Shown one piece after another: positions 16,956 through 27,940 of a stretch of DNA of 64,000 bases. Where the stretch lies: positions 1 to 64,000 of IMG/VR virus record IMGVR_UViG_3300028394_000066; one strand, written 5' to 3'. A program made the translations under genes and the position numbers. Origin of the DNA: a virus. Every line of letters starts with the position of its first letter. The first letter of the stretch is position 1. The notes beneath the pieces are model-generated. The model ran no database searches. It was not told the DNA's origin and was given only the letters and a program-made list of their open reading frames with translations.

Positions 16956-17086
16956 AGCTTAAATCCATAGAATAATGGAGTTAAGAAACAAATACTGTAC
17001 ATTTTGTACTTTACTTGTTTTGAATACAGTTAAGGTCATGTGGCATTAATTCGGAAAACGACCCATAGAATGAAAAGAGAATCATA

Positions 17087-17860
17087 ATGGAAGATAACCA
17101 AGAGGTTGCAGAGACAACCGAAGACGCATCCATGGCAGCGTTTAGTGACGCCGCTGAGGAAGTAACTTCTCAGCCCACCCCCCAGTTCAGTGCAGAAGAT
17201 ATTTCGAAGGCACGAGCTCAGGAAAAGGCGAAGCTCTACCCACAGGTAGAAAAGCTTCAGGAGGAGCTCTCCGTTCTTAAGAAGGAACGAGAGGAACGCG
17301 CAGCACTTGAGGCTGAGCGTGCAGCAAAGCGACAGGAAAGAGAATCTGTTCGTCTTGCCGAAAAGAAAGCACTTGAAGAAGAAGAAATGGGCTTCAAGGA
17401 ACTTCTTAAGGCAAAGGAGCAGGAGTTTCAGTCGCAGCTTGAAGCTGAGCGCACAGAGCGTGAGAAGGCATTTGCCCTTCTTGACCGCGAACGTGAGTTC
17501 CAGGAACTTCAGCAGTACCGTCAGGCTCGTATTGAGCAAGAGCGGGACAATATTATCCCTGAACTAATTGACCTTATTTCGGGAAACACGCAAGATGAAA
17601 TTGAATTGAGCGTTGCAAACCTTAAAGAACGCAGCTCTCGCATTTTCGAATCCGTTGCCCAAGTGGGTCAACAGGCTAGAAAAGATATGGTAGGAACGCG
17701 AACGACGCTTCCTGCCTCTGGACCCCTCGACAATGATTCGGAACAACGTTCGTTTACACCTGAGGCCATCGCACAGATGTCTGCATCAGAGTACGCGAAG
17801 AATCGCGCCAAGCTTCTTGGCAGTGCTGGAACTAACCGTGGACAAGGGTTGTTCGGGTAA
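17087..17860 (+). CDS. capsid scaffolding protein
   Basis: coiled-coil; C-terminal IAQMSASEYAKNR; directly before capsid. Confidence 0.82.
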   Translation: MEDNQEVAETTEDASMAAFSDAAEEVTSQPTPQFSAEDISKARAQEKAKLYPQVEKLQEELSVLKKEREERAALEAERAAKRQERESVRLAEKKALEEEEMGFKELLKAKEQEFQSQLEAERTEREKAFALLDREREFQELQQYRQARIEQERDNIIPELIDLISGNTQDEIELSVANLKERSSRIFESVAQVGQQARKDMVGTRTTLPASGPLDNDSEQRSFTPEAIAQMSASEYAKNRAKLLGSAGTNRGQGLFG

Positions 17861-17893
17861 TCCCAACCATTAACCTCTATTAAGGAGACCACC

Positions 17894-19027
17894 ATGGCTT
17901 CAGCCATTACAGGTTCGTCGCAGCTCGCTTCTGCACCTACCGCTTATTCAGGGTCTAATAGCTCGCTCTCGCAGGCTATTCAGACTATCTGGTCGAAGGA
18001 AATCCTCTTCCAGGCAATGCCCATCCTCCGCTTTGAGCAGTTCGCTGTTAAGAAGACTGAGCTTGGAGTTTCGCCTGGTTTGCGCGTTAACTTCCTCCGT
18101 TACAAGAACTTCGCAGTGGACCCCTCGCCGCTGACCGAAGGTGTCCGTATGACCACCAACGCATTGACCGCAGAGCAGATTGCTATCACGGTTGCCGAGC
18201 ACGGCTACGCCGTTGCTGTTTCGGAGCTTCTCCTCAACAGCTCGTTCGACGACATCATGGCTTCGGCTTCGCGTCTTCTTGGTCGCCACATGGCGCAGTA
18301 CCTCGACCTTCAGGCTCGTAACACGCTGTCGGCTGCTACTTCGGCTTCGTTCGGTTACGACCGCACAGGCATCACAGGTGGCGCTTTCACGAACTACGAC
18401 GAAGGTTCCGTTGGTACCAGCATCGGTGCGCTTGACGGAAACCACAAGCTGACCACGGGTGCCATCAAGGACTCGGCCCTTGTTCTTGCTTCAAAGAACA
18501 TTCCGAGAATTGGTGAGACTTACGTACAGTTCATCCACCCGAAGCAGTCGCGTGACCTTCGTTCGAACCCCGAGTTCATCGAAGTTACGAAGTACGCTGC
18601 TCCTGGTAACTTCATGCTCGGTGAAATTGGTCGTCTCTACGACGTCGTCTTCATCGAAACGACTCAGGTAAACAAGCTTGCTGCATCGCAGGCTGGCTAC
18701 ACCACTTCGACCAACGTCGGCGCTCCTGCTACACAGGTAACCGTTCCCGTCAAGGCGAACACGGCTCCTGGTTCGGGTGGAAACCCCATTTCGGCTGACT
18801 ACACTGCTGAAAAGGGTTACCTCACCTCGGCAACAGGCAACACTGCTGACGTTTACGAGTCCATCATGATTGGTGACAACGCATTCGGTCACGCAATCTC
18901 GCTCCCCGTTGAGCTCCGTGACGGTGGCGTCCTCGACTTCGGTCGTGAGCACGCTCTCGCATGGTACTCCATCTGGGGCCTCGGTATCATCACCGACCAG
19001 GCTATCAACAAGGTTTACACCAACTAA
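17894..19027 (+). CDS. major capsid protein (N4-gp56-like)
   Basis: LTEGV, EHGYAV, FIHPKQSRDL, GEIGRLYDVVFIET; strong codon bias. Confidence 0.92.
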   Translation: MASAITGSSQLASAPTAYSGSNSSLSQAIQTIWSKEILFQAMPILRFEQFAVKKTELGVSPGLRVNFLRYKNFAVDPSPLTEGVRMTTNALTAEQIAITVAEHGYAVAVSELLLNSSFDDIMASASRLLGRHMAQYLDLQARNTLSAATSASFGYDRTGITGGAFTNYDEGSVGTSIGALDGNHKLTTGAIKDSALVLASKNIPRIGETYVQFIHPKQSRDLRSNPEFIEVTKYAAPGNFMLGEIGRLYDVVFIETTQVNKLAASQAGYTTSTNVGAPATQVTVPVKANTAPGSGGNPISADYTAEKGYLTSATGNTADVYESIMIGDNAFGHAISLPVELRDGGVLDFGREHALAWYSIWGLGIITDQAINKVYTN

Positions 19028-19044
19028 TAGCCAAACCTCGTGGA

Positions 19045-19068
19045 GGGGGGCCCCGCAAGGGGCTCCCC
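19045..19068 (+). terminator. hairpin after capsid gene
   Basis: GGGGGGCCCC-GCAA-GGGGCTCCCC. Confidence 0.65.
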
Positions 19069-19104
19069 AACACAAACAAAATAACCTAACAGGAAGAAAA
19101 CATC

Positions 19105-19485
19105 GTGCCAACTAAACCAACCAGTCCTCAGGACGCAACAGGTAGAGCAGCTGAAGAAGCTGCCAAGCGTAACGCTAAGGAACTTGCAGACCGCAAAGAC
19201 GAGATGTCTCTCGCACGTGCCGTCGAGGAAGAGCTCTTAGAAACAGGCGTATTTGACGCCAAAACATCTGACAAGCCCGTTCTTATTGATGAGATTGAGG
19301 AAGTCGGAATTTCCGTTAATAACGAGAAGATTGTTATTCGCACAATCTCCGATATTGATGACATGACTTACGGAGTAGTAAACGGGGCACCGCAGAGCTA
19401 CACGTTTAAATCTGGGGTGAAGTACTTGGTCCCTAAAGACCTCGCTCTTTACCTCCAGGGTCTCGGTTATCTTTGGATTGCCTAA
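19105..19485 (+). CDS. hypothetical head-associated protein
   Basis: GTG start with SD AGGA. Confidence 0.75.
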   Translation: MPTKPTSPQDATGRAAEEAAKRNAKELADRKDEMSLARAVEEELLETGVFDAKTSDKPVLIDEIEEVGISVNNEKIVIRTISDIDDMTYGVVNGAPQSYTFKSGVKYLVPKDLALYLQGLGYLWIA

Positions 19486-19499
19486 CCCTTAACTAAACT

Positions 19500-19546
19500 G
19501 TCCGCCCTGCTGGTACCGCCCTCCTCGCCAGCAGGGTGGACTTTTT
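19500..19546 (+). terminator. intrinsic terminator with CCCTCCTC loop
   Basis: 15-bp stem + TTTTT. Confidence 0.8.
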
Positions 19547-19604
19547 GCTATGTATTTCATTCCTTTATGAGACAATATAGATACAGATAATCTTCGGAGG
19601 ATTT

Positions 19605-21095
19605 ATGGCTACCCTTTCCAGCCTTACGGATAGAGTTCGCGTTGAGCTAGGCGACCTCGGTAAATCCTTTGTGACTCAGTTTGTTGCTGATGGAACAACC
19701 AATAGATTTAAGCTCCACTATTCTCCTTTAGACGGTACTGGAGTAATGGTGTTTAAGGACGGCGTTGATGTCTCTAACGCTTGTTCCGTAGAGGAATCTA
19801 CTGGAGTCCTTGTTACCGACACACTTCCCGCGGATGGGGCAGAGTTTACTGTTAGCGGAAATTATTACCGCTACTTTACGCAAACTGAAATGAATACGCT
19901 CATTAATGACGCGCTTGTTCAGCACACCGCTCACGCACGGGATTCAATTGGAAGACAGATTACTCTTGATAATCTTCCCGTTATTGAAGAGTACCCTGTA
20001 GCCATCTACGCGGTCACCTTAGCGCTTTACACGCTTGCTACCGACTCCGCCTTTGATATTGACATTCAGGCCCCTGACGGGGTGACTATACCCCGCGCAG
20101 AGCGCTTCCGTCAGCTCATGGACATGGTAAACACCCGCCGTGAGCAATACCGCGAGCTGTGTACCCTTCTTGGTGTGGGTATGTACAAGATTGACGTGTT
20201 CTCTCTTCGTAGAATTTCTTTGGCTACTGGACGATACATCCCCGTTTACAAGCCTCAAGAGGTCGATGACCGCTCGTTCCCCGAACGCGTGGACCTTCCT
20301 ATTCCTGTTTACGGAGACTACGAGACTCCTTGGCCTACACAATCATCCGAGCTTACTGCGTACCAGGGTCGCGAATACTACTCAGAGATTCCCTTTACTG
20401 CTAGCCTTTACCTTTCTGCTACAGTCACTAACGTTACTGGTTCGGGAACTGCGGTCACCTACACTGCTGCAAACAACTACGCTGTTGGTCAAGCAGTAAC
20501 AATCACTGGTGTAACGCCTACTGCTTACAACTTGACAAACGCGGTTATAACTTCGGCAACAGCCACTACATTCACAGTTTCCAGTGCTGTTACTGGAACC
20601 TATGTTTCAGGTGGAATTGTCGACAAGAGTGCAGCCGTTACCCTGGCTACAGGTACTGGAGCCACGATTACTTACACCGCAAATAACAAGTTTGCTGTTG
20701 GCGACCGAGTGACTGTTTACGGGGTTTCTCCATCCGAGTACAACCTTACTGGTGCGTATGTTACAGCAGCAACGTCTACTACCTTCAAGGTTGAAGGTGC
20801 AGCCAAAGCAGCGTTTGTTTCTGGTGGAACAGCGCTTCGTATTGGAAACGGCGTTATTGCTAGAGCCCTGCCGCAGCGTGGTGCCCCTCTGGCAGCGCAG
20901 AACTTTACTCTTACGGTAACAGATAACTACAACGGAACCTACGTTGCTAAGATTAGCCTTACCTCCAGCCAAACACTTATTATGGCAAACCGAACTTACT
21001 GGCAGATTGCTACTGTTGACCCTATAACAGACGTAAAGACAGAAGTTCTTGGAGGAAATTTTTTCACTGTTCGTAGAAGCCAGGCTATGGTCTAA
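19605..21095 (+). CDS. head-tail adaptor/neck protein with two beta-rich accessory repeats
   Basis: position; repeats [27 protein letters not shown] / [27 protein letters not shown]. Confidence 0.65.
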   Translation: MATLSSLTDRVRVELGDLGKSFVTQFVADGTTNRFKLHYSPLDGTGVMVFKDGVDVSNACSVEESTGVLVTDTLPADGAEFTVSGNYYRYFTQTEMNTLINDALVQHTAHARDSIGRQITLDNLPVIEEYPVAIYAVTLALYTLATDSAFDIDIQAPDGVTIPRAERFRQLMDMVNTRREQYRELCTLLGVGMYKIDVFSLRRISLATGRYIPVYKPQEVDDRSFPERVDLPIPVYGDYETPWPTQSSELTAYQGREYYSEIPFTASLYLSATVTNVTGSGTAVTYTAANNYAVGQAVTITGVTPTAYNLTNAVITSATATTFTVSSAVTGTYVSGGIVDKSAAVTLATGTGATITYTANNKFAVGDRVTVYGVSPSEYNLTGAYVTAATSTTFKVEGAAKAAFVSGGTALRIGNGVIARALPQRGAPLAAQNFTLTVTDNYNGTYVAKISLTSSQTLIMANRTYWQIATVDPITDVKTEVLGGNFFTVRRSQAMV

Positions 21096-24000
21096 TGCCG
21101 ATTAACCCAGATGCACCTATTTATCCCGAAGCGGATACAAGCCTGCTGCAAAATGGAGCAGAGCCGATTACTACTGTACCTGCGCCTCCATATAGCAGCC
21201 CAGATTACCAAGTTCCTAATGACCAGGTTCAGCCTGAAGTAGACATTGCTCTTCTTCCTGGAGTTCCCAATCAAAGAGGTCCCGCAGGTCCCACTGGTTC
21301 TACAGGACCAACTGGACCAATTGGGGCAGCCAGTACGGTAACTGGACCAACTGGTCCCACAGGAGCGACAGGGCTAACAGGCGCTACGGGTGCTACTGGT
21401 GCTACTGGTGCTACTGGGTTGCAGGGTGTGCAGGGCGTAACTGGTCCTACAGGCGCACAAGGAATTCAAGGTTCTCAAGGTATTCAAGGAAATATAGGAC
21501 CGACAGGTGCTCAGGGACCGACAGGTGCCGCGTCTACTGTCACGGGACCGACAGGTCCTACTGGTGCCGCGTCAACAGTTACTGGTCCAACTGGACCTAC
21601 TGGACTTGTTGGTGCAACTGGTCCGACAGGCGCGACGGGAGCAACTGGGGCAGCGTCGCAGGTTACGGGTCCAACTGGTGCGACAGGTGCCGCTTCAACG
21701 GTTACAGGTCCGACTGGACCTACAGGTGCTCAGGGTATTCAAGGACCGACAGGTTCTACAGGTATTACTGGTCCGACTGGTCCGACTGGTGCCGCTTCGA
21801 CTGTGACAGGTCCGACAGGTGCAACTGGCGCAACAGGAGCAGCGAGCACTATCACTGGTCCAACGGGTTCCACGGGTTTAACTGGGCCTACTGGACCCAC
21901 TGGTTCTCAGGGTGTGACTGGACCTACAGGTCCTACAGGCGCACAAGGTATCCAAGGACCCACTGGCACTCAAGGACCTACTGGTGCTCAAGGAACACAG
22001 GGCATTCAAGGTGTCACAGGTCCTACTGGACCTACAGGTGCTATCGGTGCGACTGGACCAACAGGTGCTTTAGGACCGACTGGTGTCAATGGTGACAGTT
22101 TTCAATTCCGAGGTGCTTACGGTGGCGCAGGGATTATTTACAACCTCAACGATGTAGTCGCATACAACGGCTCTTCGTACATTTGTCTAAACAACAACAC
22201 CAGTGGCTATCAACCAGACTCACTAATATCTTGGGATATTTTTGTAGAAAAAGGGGCAACTGGTCCTACTGGCGCTACTGGTGGAACAGGCGCTCAAGGA
22301 GTCACGGGACCCACTGGTCCCACTGGCGCAACAGGGGCGCAAGGACCCACTGGTTCGACAGGACCAACAGGCGCAGCAAGCACTGTCACAGGTCCCACGG
22401 GTCCAACTGGTGCAACAGGAAATGCTTCAACAGTTACAGGACCGACTGGCCCAACAGGACCTACTGGCGCAACAGGCGCAGCGAGTACAGTTACTGGTCC
22501 AACTGGTCCAACTGGTGCTCAAGGTGACGCTTCTACAGTCACTGGTCCCACTGGACCAACAGGTGCTACGGGAGCAAACAGCACTGTCACAGGTCCAACT
22601 GGACCAACAGGTCCGACTGGAGCCACAGGCGCAGCGAGCACTGTAACTGGTCCAACAGGTCCGACTGGAAATACTGGCGCTACTGGTCCAACAGGAGCAA
22701 ACTTCACGGGCTATGACTATGAAATTCACGTTAGTCAAGTAGATGGAAATGATACTACTGGTAATGGTGATTTGCTTACTCCAGTTGCTTCTATTACTAA
22801 GGCATTGACTTTAGTAGATTCACAGCGTAAAACCATTATTGTTCACCCAGGAACGTACACTGAAAGTCCATCGATAACTACCCAATACACAACCTTGACT
22901 GGCCCAGGGCTTCTTGGCGGAAACATTGTAATCTCTGGAACGGTAAGCACAAGTACTGGCTGTACTATCTCAGGCATAAAGATGACAAACCTTACTGTCA
23001 CTACGCCCACTGGTACAGGAAACGTAAACATCCTCAACTGTGAAGTTTCTGGAACTTTTACAAAGAGCAGTAATGCTGACTACACCGTTCTTCGTTTGTG
23101 TGATTTTAATGCCGCAAGTATTACTGGGGCTGGATTACTGGCTATCTTTGGTGGCAATCCAAACTTTATAACCGTCAACAATGCCAGTGCAAATGTAATT
23201 GTTAAGAGTGCCGTTACCGTCTCTCCAGTCCTAACTGCTGGAACACTGAGCCTTGTAGATTCTGTAGTCGGTGCTGCTGTGACCAATGCCGTGACATCTG
23301 CTGCTTCAAGCGTCATTACCTTAGCAAACTGCCAATTACTGACCTCAGCACTAAACAATGTCGCACCAGTTGTTTTAAGCGGCTTCTACTCAATCCTCAA
23401 CTGTGTATACGATAAGCCAAACTCAACCTTAGTTGCTTCGTCTGGTACTGGTGGCACAACAAACGCCGTTGATTACTTCCAATACATCAACGCAGATAAG
23501 TTCATCACTCAAGGTGGAACTTCATCTCAGTTTGTGAAGGGTGACGGCTCTCTTGACTCCACGGGACCTGTTTCGCCAACAGGTCCAACTGGACCAACTG
23601 GCGCAACAGGTCCCACAGGAGCCACTGGCGCTGCTAGTACGGTGACGGGTCCGACTGGACCAACTGGTGCGGCGTCAACTGTAACTGGTCCAACGGGTGC
23701 GACTGGCGCAGCGAGCACGGTTACTGGACCCACAGGTCCCACAGGAGCCACTGGCGCAGCCTCGACTGTCACAGGTCCGACAGGTGCCACTGGCGCAACT
23801 GGCGCAACAGGTCCAACAGGACCAACTGGCGCAACTGGACCAACAGGGGCGGCGTCTACAGTTACGGGTCCGACGGGTGCTCAGGGCGATAAGGGTGGAC
23901 TCAAATACTACTTTAACTCAGACATTTCGTGGGAGAATGACGTAAATTCAGGAAATATCAGATTTTTTGCCGATACCGCAGCAACAACTAATAGTATTGA

Positions 24001-25243
24001 CGTCTCTCTGACTACATATGACGGAGCAACAGTAACAACATACCTTTCGACGTGGGCAGACTCCACTAGTACTGTCAAGGGTCAACTCATCGTAAAAAGC
24101 AACACAAATGGTGACAACACCTACGCTATTTTTAACATTACAGGGATAAGTCTTGTTGCTGGTGCGGGATATCGACTCGGAGTTACATATGTCTCGGGAA
24201 CAGTCCCATCTAATGCTGAACTGGTTGTTGTAGAGTTTATTCGTACAGGAGATAAGGGAAACACGGGTCCTACTGGGGCAACTGGGGCAACTGGACCAAC
24301 AGGTCCCACGGGTGCGACTGGAGCAGCGTCCACAGTTACAGGTCCAACTGGACCCTCTGGAACCCTCACTCTTCAGCAAACTATTACTGCAACTGGACCT
24401 CAATCTCCTACTTTGACTGGTGCTCCTGCCCTCGTCTTTGCTGTAGTTATCGGAGCAGGTGGCGGTGGTGGTAACGGAAACAACGTCAACTACCAAGTAG
24501 GTGGCGGTGGAGGTGCTGGAGCCGTAGTCTGCGGTTGGGTCCCTAAACAATCAACGTGCTTTATTGGTACTGGTGGCTCTGGCGCAACTGGCGCGACTGC
24601 GGCTACTACTGGTGGCTCGTCTTACTACGCAGGTCTTTTTGCTCAAGGTGGTCTTCTTGGCGGTTCTGCTGGTGGAGGTGGTACGTCCAGTAACGGTGCT
24701 GGTGCGGGCGGTTCGGGAACGACCACAACCGCTGGGTCAACAACTGGTGCTGCTGGTTCCTCGCTGGGGTACTCAGTCGGGGGTGCTGGTGGTTCGGCAA
24801 CTACTGCAACTTCTACAGGAACTGGGAGCGCTGGTAGCGTCGGTGTCTCTGGAGGTGGAGGTGGAGGTCGAGTAGTCATCACTACCGCAGCAAGTTCTCC
24901 GACAGGTGGCGCTGGTGGAGCAGGACAAGTCGGCGGGGGTGGCGGGTCGGCGGCGTCTAGCGTCACATCTGCTACAGGACAGGCTACTGGCGGTGCTGGC
25001 GGAGAAGGTGCTTATGGTGCTGGAACAGCAGCGACAGCAACTACTGGAACTGCAACAGGAAAACAGTCTGGCGGGGCAGGTGGAACTGGCTATCTCGGTG
25101 CTGGGACAACAGGTACTGCTGGAACTGGCACCACCGCTCGTACAGGAGGCGCTGGAGGCTCTGGTGGGGGCGGTGGTGGAGCCGCGACTTCTGGAGGAAC
25201 TGGAGGCGCTGGCGGTAACGGTGCTGTACTGATTTACTGGTAG
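21095..25243 (+). CDS. collagen-like fibre protein with Gly-rich C-terminal domain
   Basis: long G-P-T/G-A-T tracts interrupted by globular inserts. Confidence 0.9.
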   Translation: MPINPDAPIYPEADTSLLQNGAEPITTVPAPPYSSPDYQVPNDQVQPEVDIALLPGVPNQRGPAGPTGSTGPTGPIGAASTVTGPTGPTGATGLTGATGATGATGATGLQGVQGVTGPTGAQGIQGSQGIQGNIGPTGAQGPTGAASTVTGPTGPTGAASTVTGPTGPTGLVGATGPTGATGATGAASQVTGPTGATGAASTVTGPTGPTGAQGIQGPTGSTGITGPTGPTGAASTVTGPTGATGATGAASTITGPTGSTGLTGPTGPTGSQGVTGPTGPTGAQGIQGPTGTQGPTGAQGTQGIQGVTGPTGPTGAIGATGPTGALGPTGVNGDSFQFRGAYGGAGIIYNLNDVVAYNGSSYICLNNNTSGYQPDSLISWDIFVEKGATGPTGATGGTGAQGVTGPTGPTGATGAQGPTGSTGPTGAASTVTGPTGPTGATGNASTVTGPTGPTGPTGATGAASTVTGPTGPTGAQGDASTVTGPTGPTGATGANSTVTGPTGPTGPTGATGAASTVTGPTGPTGNTGATGPTGANFTGYDYEIHVSQVDGNDTTGNGDLLTPVASITKALTLVDSQRKTIIVHPGTYTESPSITTQYTTLTGPGLLGGNIVISGTVSTSTGCTISGIKMTNLTVTTPTGTGNVNILNCEVSGTFTKSSNADYTVLRLCDFNAASITGAGLLAIFGGNPNFITVNNASANVIVKSAVTVSPVLTAGTLSLVDSVVGAAVTNAVTSAASSVITLANCQLLTSALNNVAPVVLSGFYSILNCVYDKPNSTLVASSGTGGTTNAVDYFQYINADKFITQGGTSSQFVKGDGSLDSTGPVSPTGPTGPTGATGPTGATGAASTVTGPTGPTGAASTVTGPTGATGAASTVTGPTGPTGATGAASTVTGPTGATGATGATGPTGPTGATGPTGAASTVTGPTGAQGDKGGLKYYFNSDISWENDVNSGNIRFFADTAATTNSIDVSLTTYDGATVTTYLSTWADSTSTVKGQLIVKSNTNGDNTYAIFNITGISLVAGAGYRLGVTYVSGTVPSNAELVVVEFIRTGDKGNTGPTGATGATGPTGPTGATGAASTVTGPTGPSGTLTLQQTITATGPQSPTLTGAPALVFAVVIGAGGGGGNGNNVNYQVGGGGGAGAVVCGWVPKQSTCFIGTGGSGATGATAATTGGSSYYAGLFAQGGLLGGSAGGGGTSSNGAGAGGSGTTTTAGSTTGAAGSSLGYSVGGAGGSATTATSTGTGSAGSVGVSGGGGGGRVVITTAASSPTGGAGGAGQVGGGGGSAASSVTSATGQATGGAGGEGAYGAGTAATATTGTATGKQSGGAGGTGYLGAGTTGTAGTGTTARTGGAGGSGGGGGGAATSGGTGGAGGNGAVLIYW
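21278..24362 (+). repeat. collagen Gly-X-Thr coding repeats (4 tracts)
   Basis: 9-nt degenerate ggtccaact/ggtgcgaca units and a recurring ASTVTGPT unit. Confidence 0.9.
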
Positions 25244-25252
25244 GAGTGAACT

Positions 25253-26158
25253 ATGCCTAACCTTTCTCATATTGTTCCAAAGGGCATGTCCCTTCGCCAA
25301 ACTATCTCCACTGCTGGAACGCAGTCCGTCACTCTAACTGGTGCGCCATATATTGTGTTTGCCGTTGTCGTGGGCGGGGGTGCTTCAGCGTCGCTTGGAT
25401 ACGTGACTGGTACACAAGCAACAGGGGGAGGCGGTGGTGGAGCAGTCGTTTGGGGGTTGGTTCCCGCAAGAAACACTGCAATTATTGGTGCGGGGGGTAG
25501 TGGCGGGTCGAGTGGCGTAACATCCCGCTACTCTACGCTCTTTGCTCAAGGCGGTGGAAACTATCCAGGTTCTGGAGGTCAGGGTACGCCTACTTACGCT
25601 GGAAGCGCAGGTGGAGGTTCTCCTGGTAACGGGTCGGCGCTATTTCAATCAGTTGGAGGGTCTGGTGGTGGCCCCAACATCTACGATACCGACAATGAGA
25701 TATATACCTCGGTGGCTGACAATGGAGAAAATGGTACTTCTGGGGGTGGGGGTGGCGGCTCTGCCCCAGTAGATTACACGAGTACGGGCGGAAACGGAGG
25801 GAGCGGTTTAGTCGGTGGAGGCGGTGGCGGTGCTACTGTCTCCCTCCCGTATACCTTCCTTACTGGGGGAACTGGGGGAAACAGTGGCTCATACACGGGA
25901 GGTGCTCCGTATACTCGCACTGCTACGGGTCACGCTGCAGGAGGTGGGGGTGCTGGTCTTCTCGGAAACGGACAAGATGCGTACCTAGCGTTTGACCCTA
26001 GTCAAGGCGCCTCTGGCGGATACGCTCCGTATGGCGGAAACGGAGGCGTCGGTGGCGGTGGCGGTGGGGGTACTGGTGGAGGCTATCAAGATTCTATAGG
26101 AAACTCCCTTTATTACGGCGGTTCAGGCGGCGTCGGTTGTGTACTTATTTATTGGTAA
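25253..26158 (+). CDS. glycine-rich fibre-tip/adhesin-like protein
   Basis: paralog of the C-terminus of the upstream gene; both end VLIYW. Confidence 0.8.
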   Translation: MPNLSHIVPKGMSLRQTISTAGTQSVTLTGAPYIVFAVVVGGGASASLGYVTGTQATGGGGGGAVVWGLVPARNTAIIGAGGSGGSSGVTSRYSTLFAQGGGNYPGSGGQGTPTYAGSAGGGSPGNGSALFQSVGGSGGGPNIYDTDNEIYTSVADNGENGTSGGGGGGSAPVDYTSTGGNGGSGLVGGGGGGATVSLPYTFLTGGTGGNSGSYTGGAPYTRTATGHAAGGGGAGLLGNGQDAYLAFDPSQGASGGYAPYGGNGGVGGGGGGGTGGGYQDSIGNSLYYGGSGGVGCVLIYW

Positions 26159-26169
26159 GGAGGAAATAA

Positions 26170-26343
26170 ATGAACGAATTTAACGCAATATGCCGAACAA
26201 CGGGATGTCCTAACTTCATTGTGCCGTCTCGCATATCGTCAGAAGGGCTAACGCCAATCAATGTAACATGTGGCTCATGTGGACAACAGATTACAGAGTT
26301 TGTGCTAATCAACGCTGAAGCATTGGTACAGCCAGACAACTAA
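26170..26343 (+). CDS. 57-aa Zn-binding protein (CRTTGCPN...CGSCGQQI)
   Basis: SD AAGGAGG; translated by hand. Confidence 0.8.
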   Translation: MNEFNAICRTTGCPNFIVPSRISSEGLTPINVTCGSCGQQITEFVLINAEALVQPDN

Positions 26344-26367
26344 CAATAAATCGGGAAGAATACGTAT

Positions 26368-27411
26368 ATGAAGATTGCGGCATACACGATTGCGCTAAAC
26401 GAAGAACAATTCGTAGAACGCTGGTATGAATCAGCCAAAGATGCTGATTACCTCCTTATTGCCGATACAGGCTCAACAGACAAAACTGTTAAACTAGCAA
26501 AGAAACTAGGTATAAATGTCATTTCTATTGCTATTAGTCCTTGGCGTTTTGACGATGCTCGTAACGCCGCTCTTTCTTCTATTCCTTTGGACGTTGATTA
26601 TTGCATTGCACTGGACATGGACGAAGTTCTCATCGAAGGATGGCGTGACAAGCTTGAGGGACTGGCTGAATCAGGTGTAACTAGGCCACGGTATAAGTAC
26701 ACCTGGTCCTGGAAAGAAGACGGAACTCCTGGCCTTCAGTATGGCGGCGATAAGATTCACGCTCGCAAGGGATACCGCTGGAAACACCCCGTTCACGAAG
26801 TAATTACTTCGGACCGAATCACCGAAGTTCAACAGTGGGTAGAGTTAGAGGTTCACCACTACCCAGATAATACCAAGTCTCGTGGGCAATACTTTCCGTT
26901 ACTGGAGTTGTCTGTAAAGGAAGACCCTATGGATGACCGTAATGCGTACTATCTTGCTCGTGAGTACTTTTTCTATAATCGCCTAGAGGAAGCGGCAAAA
27001 GAGTTTCGTCGACATTTGTCTCTGGAAAAAGCCGTTTGGAAACCCGAACGAGCAGCGTCTATGCGTTATTTGGCTAAGTGTGAGCCAGAAAATACAATGC
27101 TGTGGCTGCATGCCGCGGTATCAGAAGACCCAGGTCGAAGAGAGGCTTTAGTAGAGCTTGCCCTACACGGATACAAGTTTGAGGACTGGCAACTGTGTAA
27201 AGCTAGGGCGGAAGAGGCGCTGGCTATAACTGAAAAGCCCCTTGATTATCTTTGCGAAGAATTTGCGTGGGGATGGATTCCTTACGACCTTGCAGCACTG
27301 GCCTCATATAAACTTGGTTTTATGAAAGACGCAAAAATTTATGGGGAAGAAGCTGCACGGTTAAACCCCACGGATGAACGGCTAAAGGATAACCTGAAAT
27401 TCTATTTGTAA
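26368..27411 (+). CDS. family 2 glycosyltransferase with TPR-like C-terminus
   Basis: IALNEE, DTGSTD, FDDARN, LDMDE, HPVHE. Confidence 0.92.
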   Translation: MKIAAYTIALNEEQFVERWYESAKDADYLLIADTGSTDKTVKLAKKLGINVISIAISPWRFDDARNAALSSIPLDVDYCIALDMDEVLIEGWRDKLEGLAESGVTRPRYKYTWSWKEDGTPGLQYGGDKIHARKGYRWKHPVHEVITSDRITEVQQWVELEVHHYPDNTKSRGQYFPLLELSVKEDPMDDRNAYYLAREYFFYNRLEEAAKEFRRHLSLEKAVWKPERAASMRYLAKCEPENTMLWLHAAVSEDPGRREALVELALHGYKFEDWQLCKARAEEALAITEKPLDYLCEEFAWGWIPYDLAALASYKLGFMKDAKIYGEEAARLNPTDERLKDNLKFYL

Positions 27412-27448
27412 TAGAGGAAAATAGTATTAACAAGCTTAAGGAATTCAA

Positions 27449-27940
27449 ATGACTAAAATCCAAGTTAGACGTGGAACGCAAGCAGGCGGCGCTAATTCAT
27501 GGTCCAACGGAACAGTGTTATCTTCGGGTGAAATAGGTTTTGAGACAGATACTGGAAAGTTTAAAATTGGAGATGGAGCTACTGTCTGGAGTTCACTGCA
27601 GTATTTTGTTCCTGGAGCGTCCTTCAACACGTCTAGTAGTCTTACCCTTGGCACAAATATAACGGCCACGACGGGCACTAGCCCTTGGAATGGTTCATCA
27701 GGAATTACTATTGACCTTCCTTCCAGTCTTACTGGAGTTAACTCTTCTACTGCAACAGCTTTGGCTACTTCTAGAAACATTAATGGTGGGGCCTTTAACG
27801 GAAGCGCAAACGTAATTGTTGGCGGAGCGGTCTATGGGCAGGCAGCAACCGCTACTGCAGATTTTCGTAACATCTACGTTTCTGCTACAGCATCCCCCCC
27901 TACCGCCCCTGTTAATGGGGACGTTTGGATTAGTTTTTAA
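27449..27940 (+). CDS. fibre protein with Mtd-N/hyaluronidase-N-like domain
   Basis: IQVRRGT...VLSSGEIGFETDTGKFKIGDG...W..LQY. Confidence 0.8.
   Translation: MTKIQVRRGTQAGGANSWSNGTVLSSGEIGFETDTGKFKIGDGATVWSSLQYFVPGASFNTSSSLTLGTNITATTGTSPWNGSSGITIDLPSSLTGVNSSTATALATSRNINGGAFNGSANVIVGGAVYGQAATATADFRNIYVSATASPPTAPVNGDVWISF

Noticed and set aside
21278-24362. CRISPR array or DNA tandem repeat element
   Set aside because: Repeats are in-frame and degenerate at third codon positions (collagen coding), with no repeat-spacer pattern
27449-27940. Diversity-generating retroelement target
   Set aside because: Only the N-terminal Mtd-like domain is present; no reverse transcriptase or TR/VR pair seen
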